Source of the DNA: a virus
Taxonomy: Duplodnaviria > Caudoviricetes
Direction: 5' to 3' (one strand)
IMG/VR virus record: IMGVR_UViG_3300009095_000001
Location: 1 to 64,000 of that record
DNA length: 64,000 nucleotides
Part shown: positions 26,863-37,565 of the stretch, piece after piece
How the letters are laid out: each line of letters starts with the position of its first letter
How positions within the stretch are numbered: the stretch's first letter is position 1
Translations under genes and position numbers: made by a program
Notes under the pieces: generated by a model
The model's input: only the letters and a program-made list of their open reading frames with translations
Database searches by the model: none
What the model was told of the DNA's origin: nothing

Positions 26863-28257
26863 ATGCCTCGCAAGCAGCCCAAGCTCCCGCCATGCCCGTG
26901 GTGCCGCAAGCCCGCCGATCGCGAGTGCGACGGCCCGATCTCCGTGCCCAAGGGCGGCAACCGACACGACCCGCAGCAGAGCACCTGCAGCTCTCCGGTG
27001 TGCTCGAAGTGCTCGCAGCACGTCCAGGCTGCGCGGCCCTTCACGGCGATCGTGTGCTCGCGTGAGCGCGGTGGGAACGGCTGCGAGGTGATCGACAACC
27101 GGGCTGACCTGTGTCCGTTCTGCGCTGGTCGGCAAGGCGCCGATCCGCTGCCGCGCGCCGAGCATGACGAGCAGCTCGCCCATGCGATTGCGGACGCGCT
27201 CGAGCGCAAGGCGATCGCCGCGGGCGCGGTCGAAGTCGACGCATACGAGCAGGCGCGCGAGCGGCTGACCAGGCACGGCATGCTGCCATCACAATCTCGA
27301 CCACCATCACCATCGGCCGGCCCATCACAATCCGCGAAACCTCAACTTTTGCGCGGACCGCAGCACGGCGAGCGGCTCTACCTGATCGACGGCGGGATCG
27401 TGCACCGCTGCTACCACGCCGTGCCGCTGGAGTTCGCGCCGGCCAACCCCGAGCAACCCGTCAACGCGCTGCTCGGGTTTCTTCGCACACTTCGGAAGAT
27501 GCGTAGGAGGATCGAGCCCAAGCCGCAGTGGTTCGTGCCGATCTTCGACGGCGACGGGCCCGGCTGGCGCGAGGCTCTGCACCCCGGCTACAAGGCCGAC
27601 CGCGAGCCGCAAAAGCCCGAGCTGCGAGCCCAGTGGGAGCCGATCCGCGCGCTGCTCGACGCGATGGGCGTGGCCTACGTGCAGCAACCGGGAGTCGAGG
27701 CCGACGACATGATCGCCAGCTACGTCGACGTCGCGGTCAAGCGCGGGCTCGAGGTCGTGATCGTCTCGGGCGACAAGGATCTCTTGCAGTTGCTGCGCGG
27801 CGACGGTGGGCCCGGGAGCGTGCGGTGCATGTCGGCTTTCGGCGAGCTCGAGCTGCGCGGGCCCGAGTACGTGGTCGAGAAGTTCGGCGTGCGAGCCGAT
27901 CAGCTCGCGGACTACCTCGCGCTCGCGGGCGACAAGGTCGACGGGATCCCGGGCGCGCCGGGCATCGGACCGAAGACGGCGGCGCGGCTGCTCGGCGACG
28001 AGAAGACCGACACGCTGGGCAAGCTGTTCGATCAATGGCAGCTGGTCCGACCGACGAAGATCAGCGACGCGATCGGGAAACACCGCGATCAGATCCTGTT
28101 GAGTCGCGAGCTGGTCGAGCTCCGCCGCGAGGCTCTGCCGCTCCCGCTCGAAGGGCTGCGGCCGTGGGCGCCGACGAATCGAGCGCTGGACAACTACTTC
28201 GCGCGGCTCGGATATCCGAGGTTCGAGGCCGCGCTCGACCGATACGAGGACAAATGA
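26863..28257 (+). CDS. 5'-3' exonuclease/flap endonuclease (PolA 5'-nuclease family) with N-terminal Cys-rich domain
   Basis: YLIDG, IFDG, GYKADR, GVEADD, SGDKDLLQL, LAGDKVDGIPG..GIGPKTA. Confidence 0.9.
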   Translation: MPRKQPKLPPCPWCRKPADRECDGPISVPKGGNRHDPQQSTCSSPVCSKCSQHVQAARPFTAIVCSRERGGNGCEVIDNRADLCPFCAGRQGADPLPRAEHDEQLAHAIADALERKAIAAGAVEVDAYEQARERLTRHGMLPSQSRPPSPSAGPSQSAKPQLLRGPQHGERLYLIDGGIVHRCYHAVPLEFAPANPEQPVNALLGFLRTLRKMRRRIEPKPQWFVPIFDGDGPGWREALHPGYKADREPQKPELRAQWEPIRALLDAMGVAYVQQPGVEADDMIASYVDVAVKRGLEVVIVSGDKDLLQLLRGDGGPGSVRCMSAFGELELRGPEYVVEKFGVRADQLADYLALAGDKVDGIPGAPGIGPKTAARLLGDEKTDTLGKLFDQWQLVRPTKISDAIGKHRDQILLSRELVELRREALPLPLEGLRPWAPTNRALDNYFARLGYPRFEAALDRYEDK

Positions 28258-28393
28258 ATCACGACAGCCAAAGTCCGCACTGCCGTTGCCACAACTGCCG
28301 AGAGGTGATCCGGCGTTCGGGCGGCGCCTGCTTTGAGACCATCCCGAGCCCTGGCGCACCAGGTACCCGCGCTTCACCAACGGGTCACCGCCG

Positions 28394-28780
28394 ATGATGG
28401 GTGGCGTTGAAGGCCAGCGGTTTTTGACCAACGGCCATTGGATGGCGCTGGTCGATGAGCCGACCTTCCAAGCGTGCAAGGCTGCCGGCTTCCGTGACGT
28501 CGGCGCGAACTGGTCGAAGTTCATCGGGTGCCTGGACGGCCGGCCGGCGACAACGATCACGCTCTCCGAGGCGCCCACGATCGACGGCGATCTCGGCACC
28601 TTCGTCAAGGTCGGCCGCGCGTGCATCAACGCCGAGTATGCGGAGCTGCTGACCGAGCTCGGCGCTGGCGAGGTGCTGGTGTTCGATGCGGGCGACGACT
28701 GGCCGTTCGTCTACGCGCCGGGGCTGGCGATCGTGTCGGCGATCCCTGGCGACCGATTCGAGGCGACCGATGCTGGCTGA
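28394..28780 (+). CDS. phage hypothetical protein
   Basis: 128-aa ORF in operon. Confidence 0.5.
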   Translation: MMGGVEGQRFLTNGHWMALVDEPTFQACKAAGFRDVGANWSKFIGCLDGRPATTITLSEAPTIDGDLGTFVKVGRACINAEYAELLTELGAGEVLVFDAGDDWPFVYAPGLAIVSAIPGDRFEATDAG

Positions 28781-29002
28781 TCGAGGTCGTCGCCATGTGC
28801 CGCACCCGGACGATTGGGAGCCGGGCTGCTACAACGAGACCATGGCCGGGGTCGCTAACCGCCAGGTGACCGCGCGCCTGGCTGCCGATCCGAGCCTGCG
28901 ATGGTTCGGGCTCGAAGGCGGTCACGTCTATGCGGCTCGCAGCCGACGCGAGGCTGAGGCTCTGCACGGCACTCGATTCCGACCAGATCGGACGTGGTTC
29001 TG

Positions 29003-29611
29003 ATGCTCGACCGACCACAAACCCCTCCACCCGTCGACGGCGTGCTCGCAGCTCTGCGCGAGTGGGGAGCCAACTGCGGACCGACTGCGATCGCGGCCGC
29101 GCTCGAGGTTCCGCTCGCCACCGTGCGCGGGGCCGTGTCCAACGGCGACACCTTCAAGGGCTACATGGGCGTGCCCGACTTCAAGGCCGCGATCCCGCGC
29201 GCGGGCGGCCGCATCGTTCGCTCGTGGTCCAAGCCGCTCGAGCCGGTGGATGCTTTCTACGCCGACCTCCTTCTCGCCAACGCTGCGGCCGAGACCAACG
29301 GCGAGCCGCTCGTCGTGCTGATCCGGTTCTGCGGCCCATGGGATGCGATCCCGCGGGCGGCCGCGACCTACCGCCACGCGTTCGCCTATCGGCGCTGTTT
29401 CGTCGAGCCTCGCACCTGCTGGGCTCAGGCGTCGCACGGGCCCGGCTGGGTCTGCGATATCAATAACCTCGCGACGACCGACTGCGCGCCGTGGGTCCCG
29501 GCGTACGTGTGGCGGACGCAGTCGCTGCTCGATCTCCTGCCCAAGCGCGGCGACGGGAACGTGGCGATCGATTGGATGGCGCAGGTCGAGCGAATCGAGG
29601 CTCCGGCATGA
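29003..29611 (+). CDS. putative papain-like/C39-type peptidase
   Basis: ANCGPTAIAAAL with downstream H and VCDIN. Confidence 0.4.
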   Translation: MLDRPQTPPPVDGVLAALREWGANCGPTAIAAALEVPLATVRGAVSNGDTFKGYMGVPDFKAAIPRAGGRIVRSWSKPLEPVDAFYADLLLANAAAETNGEPLVVLIRFCGPWDAIPRAAATYRHAFAYRRCFVEPRTCWAQASHGPGWVCDINNLATTDCAPWVPAYVWRTQSLLDLLPKRGDGNVAIDWMAQVERIEAPA

Positions 29612-29904
29612 GCAAGCTGCGACCCGACGAGTACATGGCGGTGATGGTCGACGTCGGCACGATCGTCGATGCCCACTTGATGGGCCGCTGGCGCGAGGGC
29701 AAGGCGGTGGTCGAACTCGGCCGGCGCTGGAAGGTGGTCAAGTCGGTCGAGCGCGACGGCAAGCGGCTGGTCGAGCTCAAGGCGATCGACGACCTGTACG
29801 ATGAGCACGGGGACCCGCGGCCGCTCATGTGCTCGAGCTGCGGGAGCTTCAAGGTCGGCGCGCGGAGCTGTGAGGACTGCGGCGGGACCAAGCTGCTGCC
29901 CTAG
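29608..29904 (+). CDS. small protein with C-terminal Zn ribbon
   Basis: CSSC..CEDC. Confidence 0.5.
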   Translation: MSKLRPDEYMAVMVDVGTIVDAHLMGRWREGKAVVELGRRWKVVKSVERDGKRLVELKAIDDLYDEHGDPRPLMCSSCGSFKVGARSCEDCGGTKLLP

Positions 29905-30505
29905 CTTGAGCCGTAGCAGAGCGGGGCGAACCGAAGCCCCGCGAGCGAGCGCCCGGCCCTGCGCCTGTCTTCGATCTGTTCGGCGTCCTTCACGAGCGCG
30001 TCGAAGCGTTGGATCGCCTTGCGGCCGCCGTTGGCCTCGCTGAGGCGGCCACGCGCGAGGGCCTGGTCGACCAACACCTGCGCGGTCGAGATCGTCGCGG
30101 AGGCTCGCACGACGATCCGGGTGCAGCCGTAGGCGTGGCCGCCAAGGTGCACCTGCACTATCGGCTCGCCGGTGGCGAACGGAGCAAGCCGCTTGGAGAC
30201 CCTGGTCATGTCGTCGCCGGCCATGGTCAGCGTCTCCGGCGTGCAGTAGTACACCTCCGGGTGCGGCCAGCGGAGCCGGCACTTGAGCACGACCGCGCTC
30301 ATGCGTGGCAGGCCCTGGTGATGTTGGCCGTAGGCGTAGATCGCCAGCCAGTCGCCGAAGTCCCATCCCTTCGAGCAGTGCTGCGTGCAGACCAGGCCGC
30401 GCACGACCGCGAAGCGCTCGCACGGCCTCCCCTTCCTGGTGGTCGCCACGCACTGGTAGCTGCCCCAGTCGGGCGGCTCTCGCCCGAGTAGTTCGCCAAG
30501 ATCCA
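29901..30505 (-). CDS. hypothetical protein with C..C..C..H zinc motif
   Basis: QCVATTRKGRPCERF..VCTQH; start uncertain. Confidence 0.45.
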
Positions 30506-30835
30506 TGCTCGAGCAACCCAGCTCGGCCGCCGTTGTTCCGCGGAATGACGAGTCGCGCGCCGTGGTCTCGTGCGCATGGGTAAGCAACAGCGACGACGCT
30601 CAATCTCGATCCGCTCCAAGGTCTATGACCGGCTCATGTACCACATCGCCAGCTCCGACCACGCGCTCGGGCTCGCGGGTTCGAACGTGACCGAGGACGC
30701 GCTCACCAAGTACCTGGACGCCGCTGGCGTGCCCGAGAAGGTCCCGCCCCACGTCCGGCCGAGCGACACCAAGCCGAAGCCCGAGCGCAAGGCCGACGAG
30801 GGGCCCGATCGCCCGGCTCACTTCACGTTCTGACG

Positions 30836-31552
30836 ATGACGAAGCGCAAGCGGGTTCAAGGCGGCAAGGCCACGACAGACCTGGTCTTGAGCGCGCACGT
30901 GGGCGGCAACGCGGAGCTGTTCGCGAAGGTCATGCGGCTGCACGTGCCGCGCGGGTCCAAGGTCGCCGACGTGACCTACGGGCGCGGCGTGTTCTGGACG
31001 AAGGTCGAGCCCGGAGCCTACCAGGTGACGGCCAGCGATCTTGCGCTCGAAGCTGGCCACCGCTTCGACGGCTTCACCTACCTCGATGGTGTCGACTGCC
31101 GAGCACTGCCGCATGCTGATCGCAGCTTCGGTGCGGTCGTACTCGATCCTCCGTACATGGAGGGCTTCTACCGGACCGCGACGGACCAGCTCGCGGGCGG
31201 TGGCTCGCACGAGTCTTTCCGGCGCGCGTACTCGTCGGGTGCAGCGACCGCGGGCGGGCCCAAGTGGCACCAGGCTGTGGTCGACATGTACTTGCGCGCG
31301 GGTGCGGAGGCCAAGCGCGTGCTCGAGCCGCGGGGCAAGCTGATCGTGAAGTGCCAAGACGAGGTGAGCGGCAACAAGCAGCGGCTCACCCACGTCGAGA
31401 TCATCACCGGCTACGAGGACATGGGCTTCTACTGCAAGGATCTGTTCGTGCTGGTACGCCGCAACGCGCCCGGCGTGAGCCGGCTGGTCAAGCAGGTGCA
31501 CGCCCGCAAGAATCACTCGTACCTGCTGGTGTTCGAGGTCAGCCCACGATGA
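30836..31552 (+). CDS. DNA amino-methyltransferase (N4C/N6A, DPPY type)
   Basis: [32 protein letters not shown]. Confidence 0.8.
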   Translation: MTKRKRVQGGKATTDLVLSAHVGGNAELFAKVMRLHVPRGSKVADVTYGRGVFWTKVEPGAYQVTASDLALEAGHRFDGFTYLDGVDCRALPHADRSFGAVVLDPPYMEGFYRTATDQLAGGGSHESFRRAYSSGAATAGGPKWHQAVVDMYLRAGAEAKRVLEPRGKLIVKCQDEVSGNKQRLTHVEIITGYEDMGFYCKDLFVLVRRNAPGVSRLVKQVHARKNHSYLLVFEVSPR

Positions 31553-32034
31553 CGAAGCGCGAGCCCAAACCGCGGTGCTGCTGGCCTATCGCGGACTCGA
31601 ACAAGGCGCGGCCGTGGCATCTGAGCGGTGGCCGTCAATGCGGCTCACGAGCGTGTTTCGACTGGCCCGTGTGCCGCTCGCACTTGGAGGCGTGGGCGAA
31701 CGAGAACCCGCTTGAGGTAGTGAAGCGCCGATATGTCCGGCATGCGTCGCCGAACTACGGGGCTTTCACGTGGGACGCTGTCGACAAGGTCAGGATCACA
31801 TTCTCGGCGAGCGTTATCACTGAACCTCGGCACGAGGATCCCTTGGTGTTCGTCGTGCTCAAGCCAGTTGATGCGCTGGCGATGGCCGACTGGTACGATG
31901 AGCGCGGGCATGTTCGCAGCGCACTGTTGCTGCGCATACAAGGGCTGAGGGTCATCATGCGCGGTGATTCTCGCTTGGAGTCCACATTGAAGCATCTTCG
32001 AGAGACCCTCTGTGAAACGACGAGCCCGCAATGA
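31549..32034 (+). CDS. phage hypothetical protein
   Basis: ATGA overlaps. Confidence 0.45.
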   Translation: MTKREPKPRCCWPIADSNKARPWHLSGGRQCGSRACFDWPVCRSHLEAWANENPLEVVKRRYVRHASPNYGAFTWDAVDKVRITFSASVITEPRHEDPLVFVVLKPVDALAMADWYDERGHVRSALLLRIQGLRVIMRGDSRLESTLKHLRETLCETTSPQ

Positions 32035-32381
32035 TGAACCCCGTGGATTCCGTGATCTCGATCTTGCGCGGGATTGTCCCCCGACCGGGCCCGGAATCGG
32101 TGCTGGCCGAGGACGTCCGCGCAGCGCTCCGTCGCGCGGGTCTGCTGCCGGAGGTCGAAGTGGAGCTGACGCGCGGCCGGGTGGATCTGCGCGTGGAGTC
32201 GATCGCGGTCGAGCTCAAGGTGCAGGGGGCGGTCGACAAGGTGCTCGCGCAGCTGGCCCGGTACGCGGAGGATCCGACGATCGAGGTCGTGCTGCTGGTG
32301 ACGAGCAGCGCGAAGCTCCGCGCGATGCCGGGCTCAGTGGGTGGCAAGCCTCTGCACGTGGTCTACCTGCCCCGGCTGTGA
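32031..32381 (+). CDS. small PD-(D/E)XK nuclease
   Basis: EVEL..GRVDLRV..IAVELK..QLARYA. Confidence 0.7.
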   Translation: MMNPVDSVISILRGIVPRPGPESVLAEDVRAALRRAGLLPEVEVELTRGRVDLRVESIAVELKVQGAVDKVLAQLARYAEDPTIEVVLLVTSSAKLRAMPGSVGGKPLHVVYLPRL

Positions 32382-34084
32382 CCTTCGGCGAGATCGTGCT
32401 CGCGCGTGGCGATCGGTCGTCATCTTGGGTCATGTCGAGCGTGGCTCCGCACGTATCGATCAAGCTCAAGCGCTGGTTCAAGCAGCTGGACGTCGCTGCG
32501 TCGCGGTTGCGGCTGAGCGCGACGCCGGCACTCAGCGCGGAGCTGGCGTGGTTCTTGGAGCGCTACCCCATGCGGATGAAGCCCGAGCACGCCGCCGAGC
32601 TCGGCCGGCTCGCGGATGTTCATCGCGACAAGCAGGCGCAGATCCAGCTCGCGCTCTCGGGCGCCTATGACCGCCCTGCGCTGGCGATGGCCAAGCCCGC
32701 CCGCGAGTACCAGGACCAGGCCGCGCAGCTCTGCGACACGACGGGGGCGCTGCTGGTGGCGGATGAGCTGGGGCTCGGCAAGACGGTGACCGCGATCGCT
32801 CTGCTCGCGCGCGCGGGGAACCTGCCCGCCGTAGTCGTGGTGCCCAACAACGTGCTCGAGCAGTGGCCGCGGAAGATCGCCGAGTTCTTGCCGCGGGCGC
32901 GCGTGCACGTGATCCGATCGGGACCGAAGGGTGAGACCAAGCGGGACCGCCAAGCTCGAGGCTGCGCCGACGTGCTGGTGATGGCGTACACCCAGCTCGC
33001 GGGCTGGTCCGAGATCCTGGCCCCGCAGGCGATCGTGTTCGACGAGTGCCAGGAGCTGCGGCACGCCGGGACCGGCAAGTACCTGGCCGCGCTGGAGATT
33101 CGCTCGCGGGCGCTGCGGTGCATGGGGCTATCGGCGACGCCGATCTACGGGTACGGCGGCGAGTTCTACAACGTGATCGGCGTGCTCGCGCCGGGGAGCT
33201 TGGGCGAGCGCGACGAGTTCATCCGCGAGTGGTGCTCGGCCGGCGGCGACAAGCCGAAGATCGCAGATCCTATCGCCTTCGGCGCTTGGCTGCGCGACGA
33301 GGGGCTCATGCTCCGGCGGTCGCGGGCGGACGTCGGGCGCGAGCTGCCGCCGCTGATCCGCACGATCATCGACGTGCCGATGGACCGCGGTGGCTCGGAC
33401 TTCGACGTCGCCGCGGAGCTCGAGGCCATCGCGTGGGCGGCCCTGTACGGGAAGCCGAAAGACCGCTTCACGGCGCGCGGCGATCTCGACCATCGGCTGC
33501 GGCAGTGGACCGGCGTCGGCAAGGCGCCCGCAGTCGCGGGCCTGGTCGACGAGCTGATCGAGAGCACGGGCGAGGCGGTGGTGCTGTCGGGCTGGCACCA
33601 CGCCGTCTACGATATTTGGCGGGAGAAGCTCGCGCGGTGGAACCCGGTTTTCTACACCGGCAAGGAAGACAGCAAGGCGAAGGACGCGTCCGCGCGCGCG
33701 CTGATCAGCGGCGAGAGCAAGCTGCTGATCATGAGCCTGCGCGCGGGTCAGGGGCTCGACGGCCTGCAGCACGTCTGCCGGCGAGTCGTGCACGGCGAGC
33801 TCGACTGGTCGCCGCAGGTGATGCAGCAGCTCACGGGCCGGCTACATCGCGACATGCAGACCGAGACCGTGATGGAGTATTGGCCGATCACCGACGAAGG
33901 TTCCGACCCGGTGATCATGGACACGCTCGGGGTGAAGCGCTGGCAGAGCGACGCGGTGATCGACCCCAAGGGCGAGCGGCTGCTCGAGGTGAAGGCGGAC
34001 CCCAACGCGATGCGGGTGCTCGCCGAGACCTACCTGCGCAAACGCGGGCTGGACCCGGCCAATCCTCCGCTGGTGGTGGCCTAG
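32378..34084 (+). CDS. SNF2-related SF2 helicase
   Basis: LVADELGLGKT, FDECQ, LSATP, MLRRSR, GQGLDGLQ, QLTGRLHR. Confidence 0.9.
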   Translation: MTFGEIVLARGDRSSSWVMSSVAPHVSIKLKRWFKQLDVAASRLRLSATPALSAELAWFLERYPMRMKPEHAAELGRLADVHRDKQAQIQLALSGAYDRPALAMAKPAREYQDQAAQLCDTTGALLVADELGLGKTVTAIALLARAGNLPAVVVVPNNVLEQWPRKIAEFLPRARVHVIRSGPKGETKRDRQARGCADVLVMAYTQLAGWSEILAPQAIVFDECQELRHAGTGKYLAALEIRSRALRCMGLSATPIYGYGGEFYNVIGVLAPGSLGERDEFIREWCSAGGDKPKIADPIAFGAWLRDEGLMLRRSRADVGRELPPLIRTIIDVPMDRGGSDFDVAAELEAIAWAALYGKPKDRFTARGDLDHRLRQWTGVGKAPAVAGLVDELIESTGEAVVLSGWHHAVYDIWREKLARWNPVFYTGKEDSKAKDASARALISGESKLLIMSLRAGQGLDGLQHVCRRVVHGELDWSPQVMQQLTGRLHRDMQTETVMEYWPITDEGSDPVIMDTLGVKRWQSDAVIDPKGERLLEVKADPNAMRVLAETYLRKRGLDPANPPLVVA

Positions 34085-34150
34085 TCGCGGTCGTAATGAG
34101 CCGCGGAGGTTAGCCGGAACGGCGCTTGACTTTCACCCGAAGATTCTCGC

Positions 34151-34975
34151 GTGACCACGGCCCCGCCCGTCGACTACCCTGTGGGCGTGGCGACCCCGAT
34201 CGACCAACGTGCTGGTGTTCCCCGCCATGTCTCCGAGTCGAAGACAGCGCGGATGCGGACTGTCTCCGATCCTGACCCACCGACGCCCGACCCTGATGAG
34301 GATAGTAGCGATGGTGAGCCAGATCGTGATCGGAGGCCCCGGAAGCGCGGCCGGGAAGATTCGCGGTCCATGTCCCGATCCGCGGTCGAGCTGGCCGATG
34401 CCGCGATTCGGCGGCGCGTTGGGTCGGGATTCGATCCAGAGGCGAAGGAGATGTTTGCCGACGAGCTCGAGCGACAGGTCGACAGACTGATCGCTCATGT
34501 CTCCGAGCGCGAGGAGAAGACTGACCGGATCGAGATCGCTCCGCCCAAGCCGCAAGCCCAGCCGCGCAATTCGGCCGGCATCCTGATCTTGACGACGTGC
34601 ACCGCGGTGCTGCTGGTCTTCGCGATTCTCGCGGGCGCGCTGGTCGGCGTGCGCCTGGCCGACCGGCTTACGGCCGTCGACGCCGCCCAGCGCGAGCGGA
34701 TCGCCAGCGTCGAAGCGCGCGTGGTCGAAGCGGAGAACCGGCAGATCGAGCTCAAGGCCAAGCTCAGCGAGACCGAGAACAAGGTCGGAGCCGCCGACAC
34801 GGTGCTCAGCGATCACGAGCGCAGGGTGAAGATCCTCGAAGAACGGCAATCGGCGCTCGTCGTGTACCTCTTGGAGAGCACCGGCCTGCTGCTCGAGGAT
34901 CGTGGTATCAAAGCACCGACCGTGCCGCCGATCCTGCGAATCTCGGAGGCCGAAGCCGAACTACGGAGCAAATGA
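34151..34975 (+). CDS. single-pass membrane protein with long coiled coil
   Basis: TM GILILTTCTAVLLVFAILAGALVGV then heptad-rich segment; start may be 34369. Confidence 0.6.
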   Translation: MTTAPPVDYPVGVATPIDQRAGVPRHVSESKTARMRTVSDPDPPTPDPDEDSSDGEPDRDRRPRKRGREDSRSMSRSAVELADAAIRRRVGSGFDPEAKEMFADELERQVDRLIAHVSEREEKTDRIEIAPPKPQAQPRNSAGILILTTCTAVLLVFAILAGALVGVRLADRLTAVDAAQRERIASVEARVVEAENRQIELKAKLSETENKVGAADTVLSDHERRVKILEERQSALVVYLLESTGLLLEDRGIKAPTVPPILRISEAEAELRSK

Positions 34976-35286
34976 TGACCAATAACAAAATACTCGCAAT
35001 CGTCGCCGCCCTCGCCCTCAGCATCGGCTTCGGTGGTGGCTACGCGACTTCGACCATGACCGATGGCGATCCGCAGAACATCTGCGATATCGAGCGGCCG
35101 CAATACTGCGAGCCGTGCGGAGCTGCGGCCCCATGCCCGCAGGGCAAATCAGGCTGGTTGTGCTGCTCTCCGGTGTCGGGTGTCTGCGTCGAGGCGTTGG
35201 GCTCGTGCCCGGGCAGCCACGACTTCGGCTACTGCGAGAACTACACGGTCGACAGCAGCGGCGCGGCCACCTGTCACAAGGCCTGA
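34972..35286 (+). CDS. secreted 10-Cys miniprotein
   Basis: signal-like KILAIVAALALSIGFG; 10 cysteines; ATGA overlap. Confidence 0.65.
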   Translation: MMTNNKILAIVAALALSIGFGGGYATSTMTDGDPQNICDIERPQYCEPCGAAAPCPQGKSGWLCCSPVSGVCVEALGSCPGSHDFGYCENYTVDSSGAATCHKA

Positions 35287-35474
35287 CGAGATCGAGCACA
35301 AGCGAGCGCCGGGGCGGGACCATCGCTCCGGCGCTCGTCGTTTGGGAAAATGGCGAGGGCCCGGTGCACCGGGTTGCAGCGGTACCACTAGCATGCGCTC
35401 GATGGCTGCCCCGCGGGCCCTCTAATCTGTGCTTCCGACCGTGTCGTCGAAGTGCGACAGCGGCCGGCGATTTT

Positions 35475-35873
35475 TCAGCCGTCGCCCAGCCGGCGCAGCA
35501 CCGTGCGTCGATGCGTCTCCGTATCCACGCCCTCGAACCGACCCTCGCCCAGCGTGTCGCTGATCTGGTCGAGCTGTTCACCGCTAGCCAGATGGACCGC
35601 GAGCCGCAGCGCTTCAATGTGCGTGATCGGGTCGACCGGCCGCTCGAGCGCCATGGCGATTCCGTCGAGCAGGTCGCCGTCGCCGAGCTCGCCCACGATC
35701 GCCGTGATCCGGGCGATCGACTTGCGATGGTGGTCGCGGTCGAGCGACCTGTTGAGCTCGACCAGCAAGTCGCCTAGCGGTCCGGCGGAGACGCCCATGG
35801 ACTGCAGCGCGGCGACGGAGCGCTCGACCAGCGCGCGGGGGATGACGACCGAGGTGTACTCTTTGAGGCTCAT
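35475..35873 (-). CDS. phage hypothetical protein
   Basis: ATGA overlap, last gene of leftward arm. Confidence 0.55.
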   Translation of the reverse strand: MSLKEYTSVVIPRALVERSVAALQSMGVSAGPLGDLLVELNRSLDRDHHRKSIARITAIVGELGDGDLLDGIAMALERPVDPITHIEALRLAVHLASGEQLDQISDTLGEGRFEGVDTETHRRTVLRRLGDG

Positions 35874-37006
35874 ACGGGTGCGTGGATCCTGGTGTAGCCC
35901 AGCAGCGAGCGGGCGTGTTCGATCTCTTCGGGCGTGACGGTGCCGAGCAGCTGATCGGCGAGCATGCGCGCGCGCGTGTGCCGAGGTTGTTCGCGATCAC
36001 CAGGCCACCGGCTGACGAATCGGGCCCGGATCGCCGCGGTGATCATCTGCTCGCGCGCATCGGCGAGTGCCTCGCGGACCGGCCTCACCGTCTCCGCGTC
36101 AATGTCGGCCGCGCGGTTCAGGTACTCCGGCTCGCAGCCGTTCGACTTCGGAAACGCCGTGCTCAGGCGCCGCGCCTTGTCGAGCACCGCGAGCTCGAGC
36201 GTGCGCACCAGGTAGTCGCACCGCTGCGCCGACGCGACGAGCAACGCCTCGGGCTTGGGCTCGGGGGAGTCCGGGCCTTCGCCAACCAGCCGCGGCCCTT
36301 CGTAGGTGTCGCCGAGAAGCTCAGCGCACATGTCGAGCTGGTCGGACGTGCGCGGGTCGTCCGGCATGCCCGCCAAGATCTCGCACAGCTTGGAGTCGTC
36401 GTAGCTCGCCCGCTTGGGCTTGGGCTTCGCCGGCGCGTGCGGTCGACGGGTGAAGTTTGGCCGGCTTGTCGGTGGCGGGCTCGCGGGCAGCCGCTCCATG
36501 TAGCTCTCGCCGATCACCAGCGCGGCGCGTTCGAGCCGGACCATCTTCCACGCAGCCCGGTCGAGCTCAGCCTCGCTGACGCCCGCGAGCACGGCCGCCT
36601 TGGCGATCGCCACCAGCCGCGGATCCGCCAAGCTCTCCACGCGGCGGATCGGGTACGCCACGCCGTTGTCGAAGTCGTAGGCCCCGCGGCCCCATCCGAT
36701 CGCTTCGACCTCCGCGACCGCAGCGAGGAACCGCGAGCGCCAGGCGATCGTCAGCTGCTCAGGCAGCGGGTCATCGGTCTCGCCGAGCAGCTCAGCACCC
36801 AACCGCTCGCGGACCGAGCCAAAGCCGCTGGGCAGCTCCGGCACGTAGCCATCCCGGGCGCGGCGGATCAGCGTGTCCGCGTGGGCCAGCAGCGCGCGCG
36901 CGCGCGTCTGCGGGTGCAGGAGACGGCGGCGATCGGCGAAGCGGCGGCAGTGCAGCCACGATGCCTCGCGGGCTTCCAAATCAAGCGACACAGCCGGCCT
37001 CCACAA
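35870..37006 (-). CDS. phage hypothetical protein
   Basis: 378-aa ORF overlapping neighbours. Confidence 0.55.
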   Translation of the reverse strand: MWRPAVSLDLEAREASWLHCRRFADRRRLLHPQTRARALLAHADTLIRRARDGYVPELPSGFGSVRERLGAELLGETDDPLPEQLTIAWRSRFLAAVAEVEAIGWGRGAYDFDNGVAYPIRRVESLADPRLVAIAKAAVLAGVSEAELDRAAWKMVRLERAALVIGESYMERLPASPPPTSRPNFTRRPHAPAKPKPKRASYDDSKLCEILAGMPDDPRTSDQLDMCAELLGDTYEGPRLVGEGPDSPEPKPEALLVASAQRCDYLVRTLELAVLDKARRLSTAFPKSNGCEPEYLNRAADIDAETVRPVREALADAREQMITAAIRARFVSRWPGDREQPRHTRARMLADQLLGTVTPEEIEHARSLLGYTRIHAPV

Positions 37007-37565
37007 ATCGGCGCTCTTTCAGCGCGCTCATGCTGTACTTCACCAGCACCACCATGCCCACGCCGCGCGCGTCCGCTTCGTCGCTGCGCGCCTTGTCTGC
37101 TCGCGCCCGCTCGGTCTTGGTCTTGCCGCCGCGCTTGAGCAGCAGCGGCCCGGTCTGGATCTCGATCGCCTTCGTGACCTCGGCCTTGGGCGCGTTGCCG
37201 TTGCCCGTGACGAGCTTTTTGATCTCGCTCGGGGGCACCATCGCGGTCGGCAGCTGCCAGCGCGCAGCCTCCATTTCGAGCACCGCCGCCTGGCCGAACA
37301 GCACGCGCGCCGACTTCCAGTCGCGGCCCGTGAGCCCGTAGAGGATCGGGCGCTCGAACGCGATGCCGCATAGCCGGTCGACGTACTTGCGGACGAATTT
37401 CGACAACTGCGTGCGGAAGCTGGCCCATCGGTCGCCCTCGTGCTCGCCGTCGTCGATCTCCCAAAAGCCGGACGCGTACAGGTGACCGTCGACGGTCCAC
37501 AGTGCCCAGCCCACGATCGACGCGAGATCGAGGCAAAGGATCAAGTCGTGCTGTCCAGCGGACAT
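36981..37565 (-). CDS. RuvC-like Holliday junction resolvase
   Basis: LCLDLASIVGWA, IAFERP, PSEIKKLVTGNGNAPKAEV, DEADA. Confidence 0.85.
   Translation of the reverse strand: MSAGQHDLILCLDLASIVGWALWTVDGHLYASGFWEIDDGEHEGDRWASFRTQLSKFVRKYVDRLCGIAFERPILYGLTGRDWKSARVLFGQAAVLEMEAARWQLPTAMVPPSEIKKLVTGNGNAPKAEVTKAIEIQTGPLLLKRGGKTKTERARADKARSDEADARGVGMVVLVKYSMSALKERRFVEAGCVA

Noticed and set aside
32031-34084. Nuclease plus SNF2 helicase as a defence system
   Set aside because: A small nuclease followed by SNF2 is a common phage replication module
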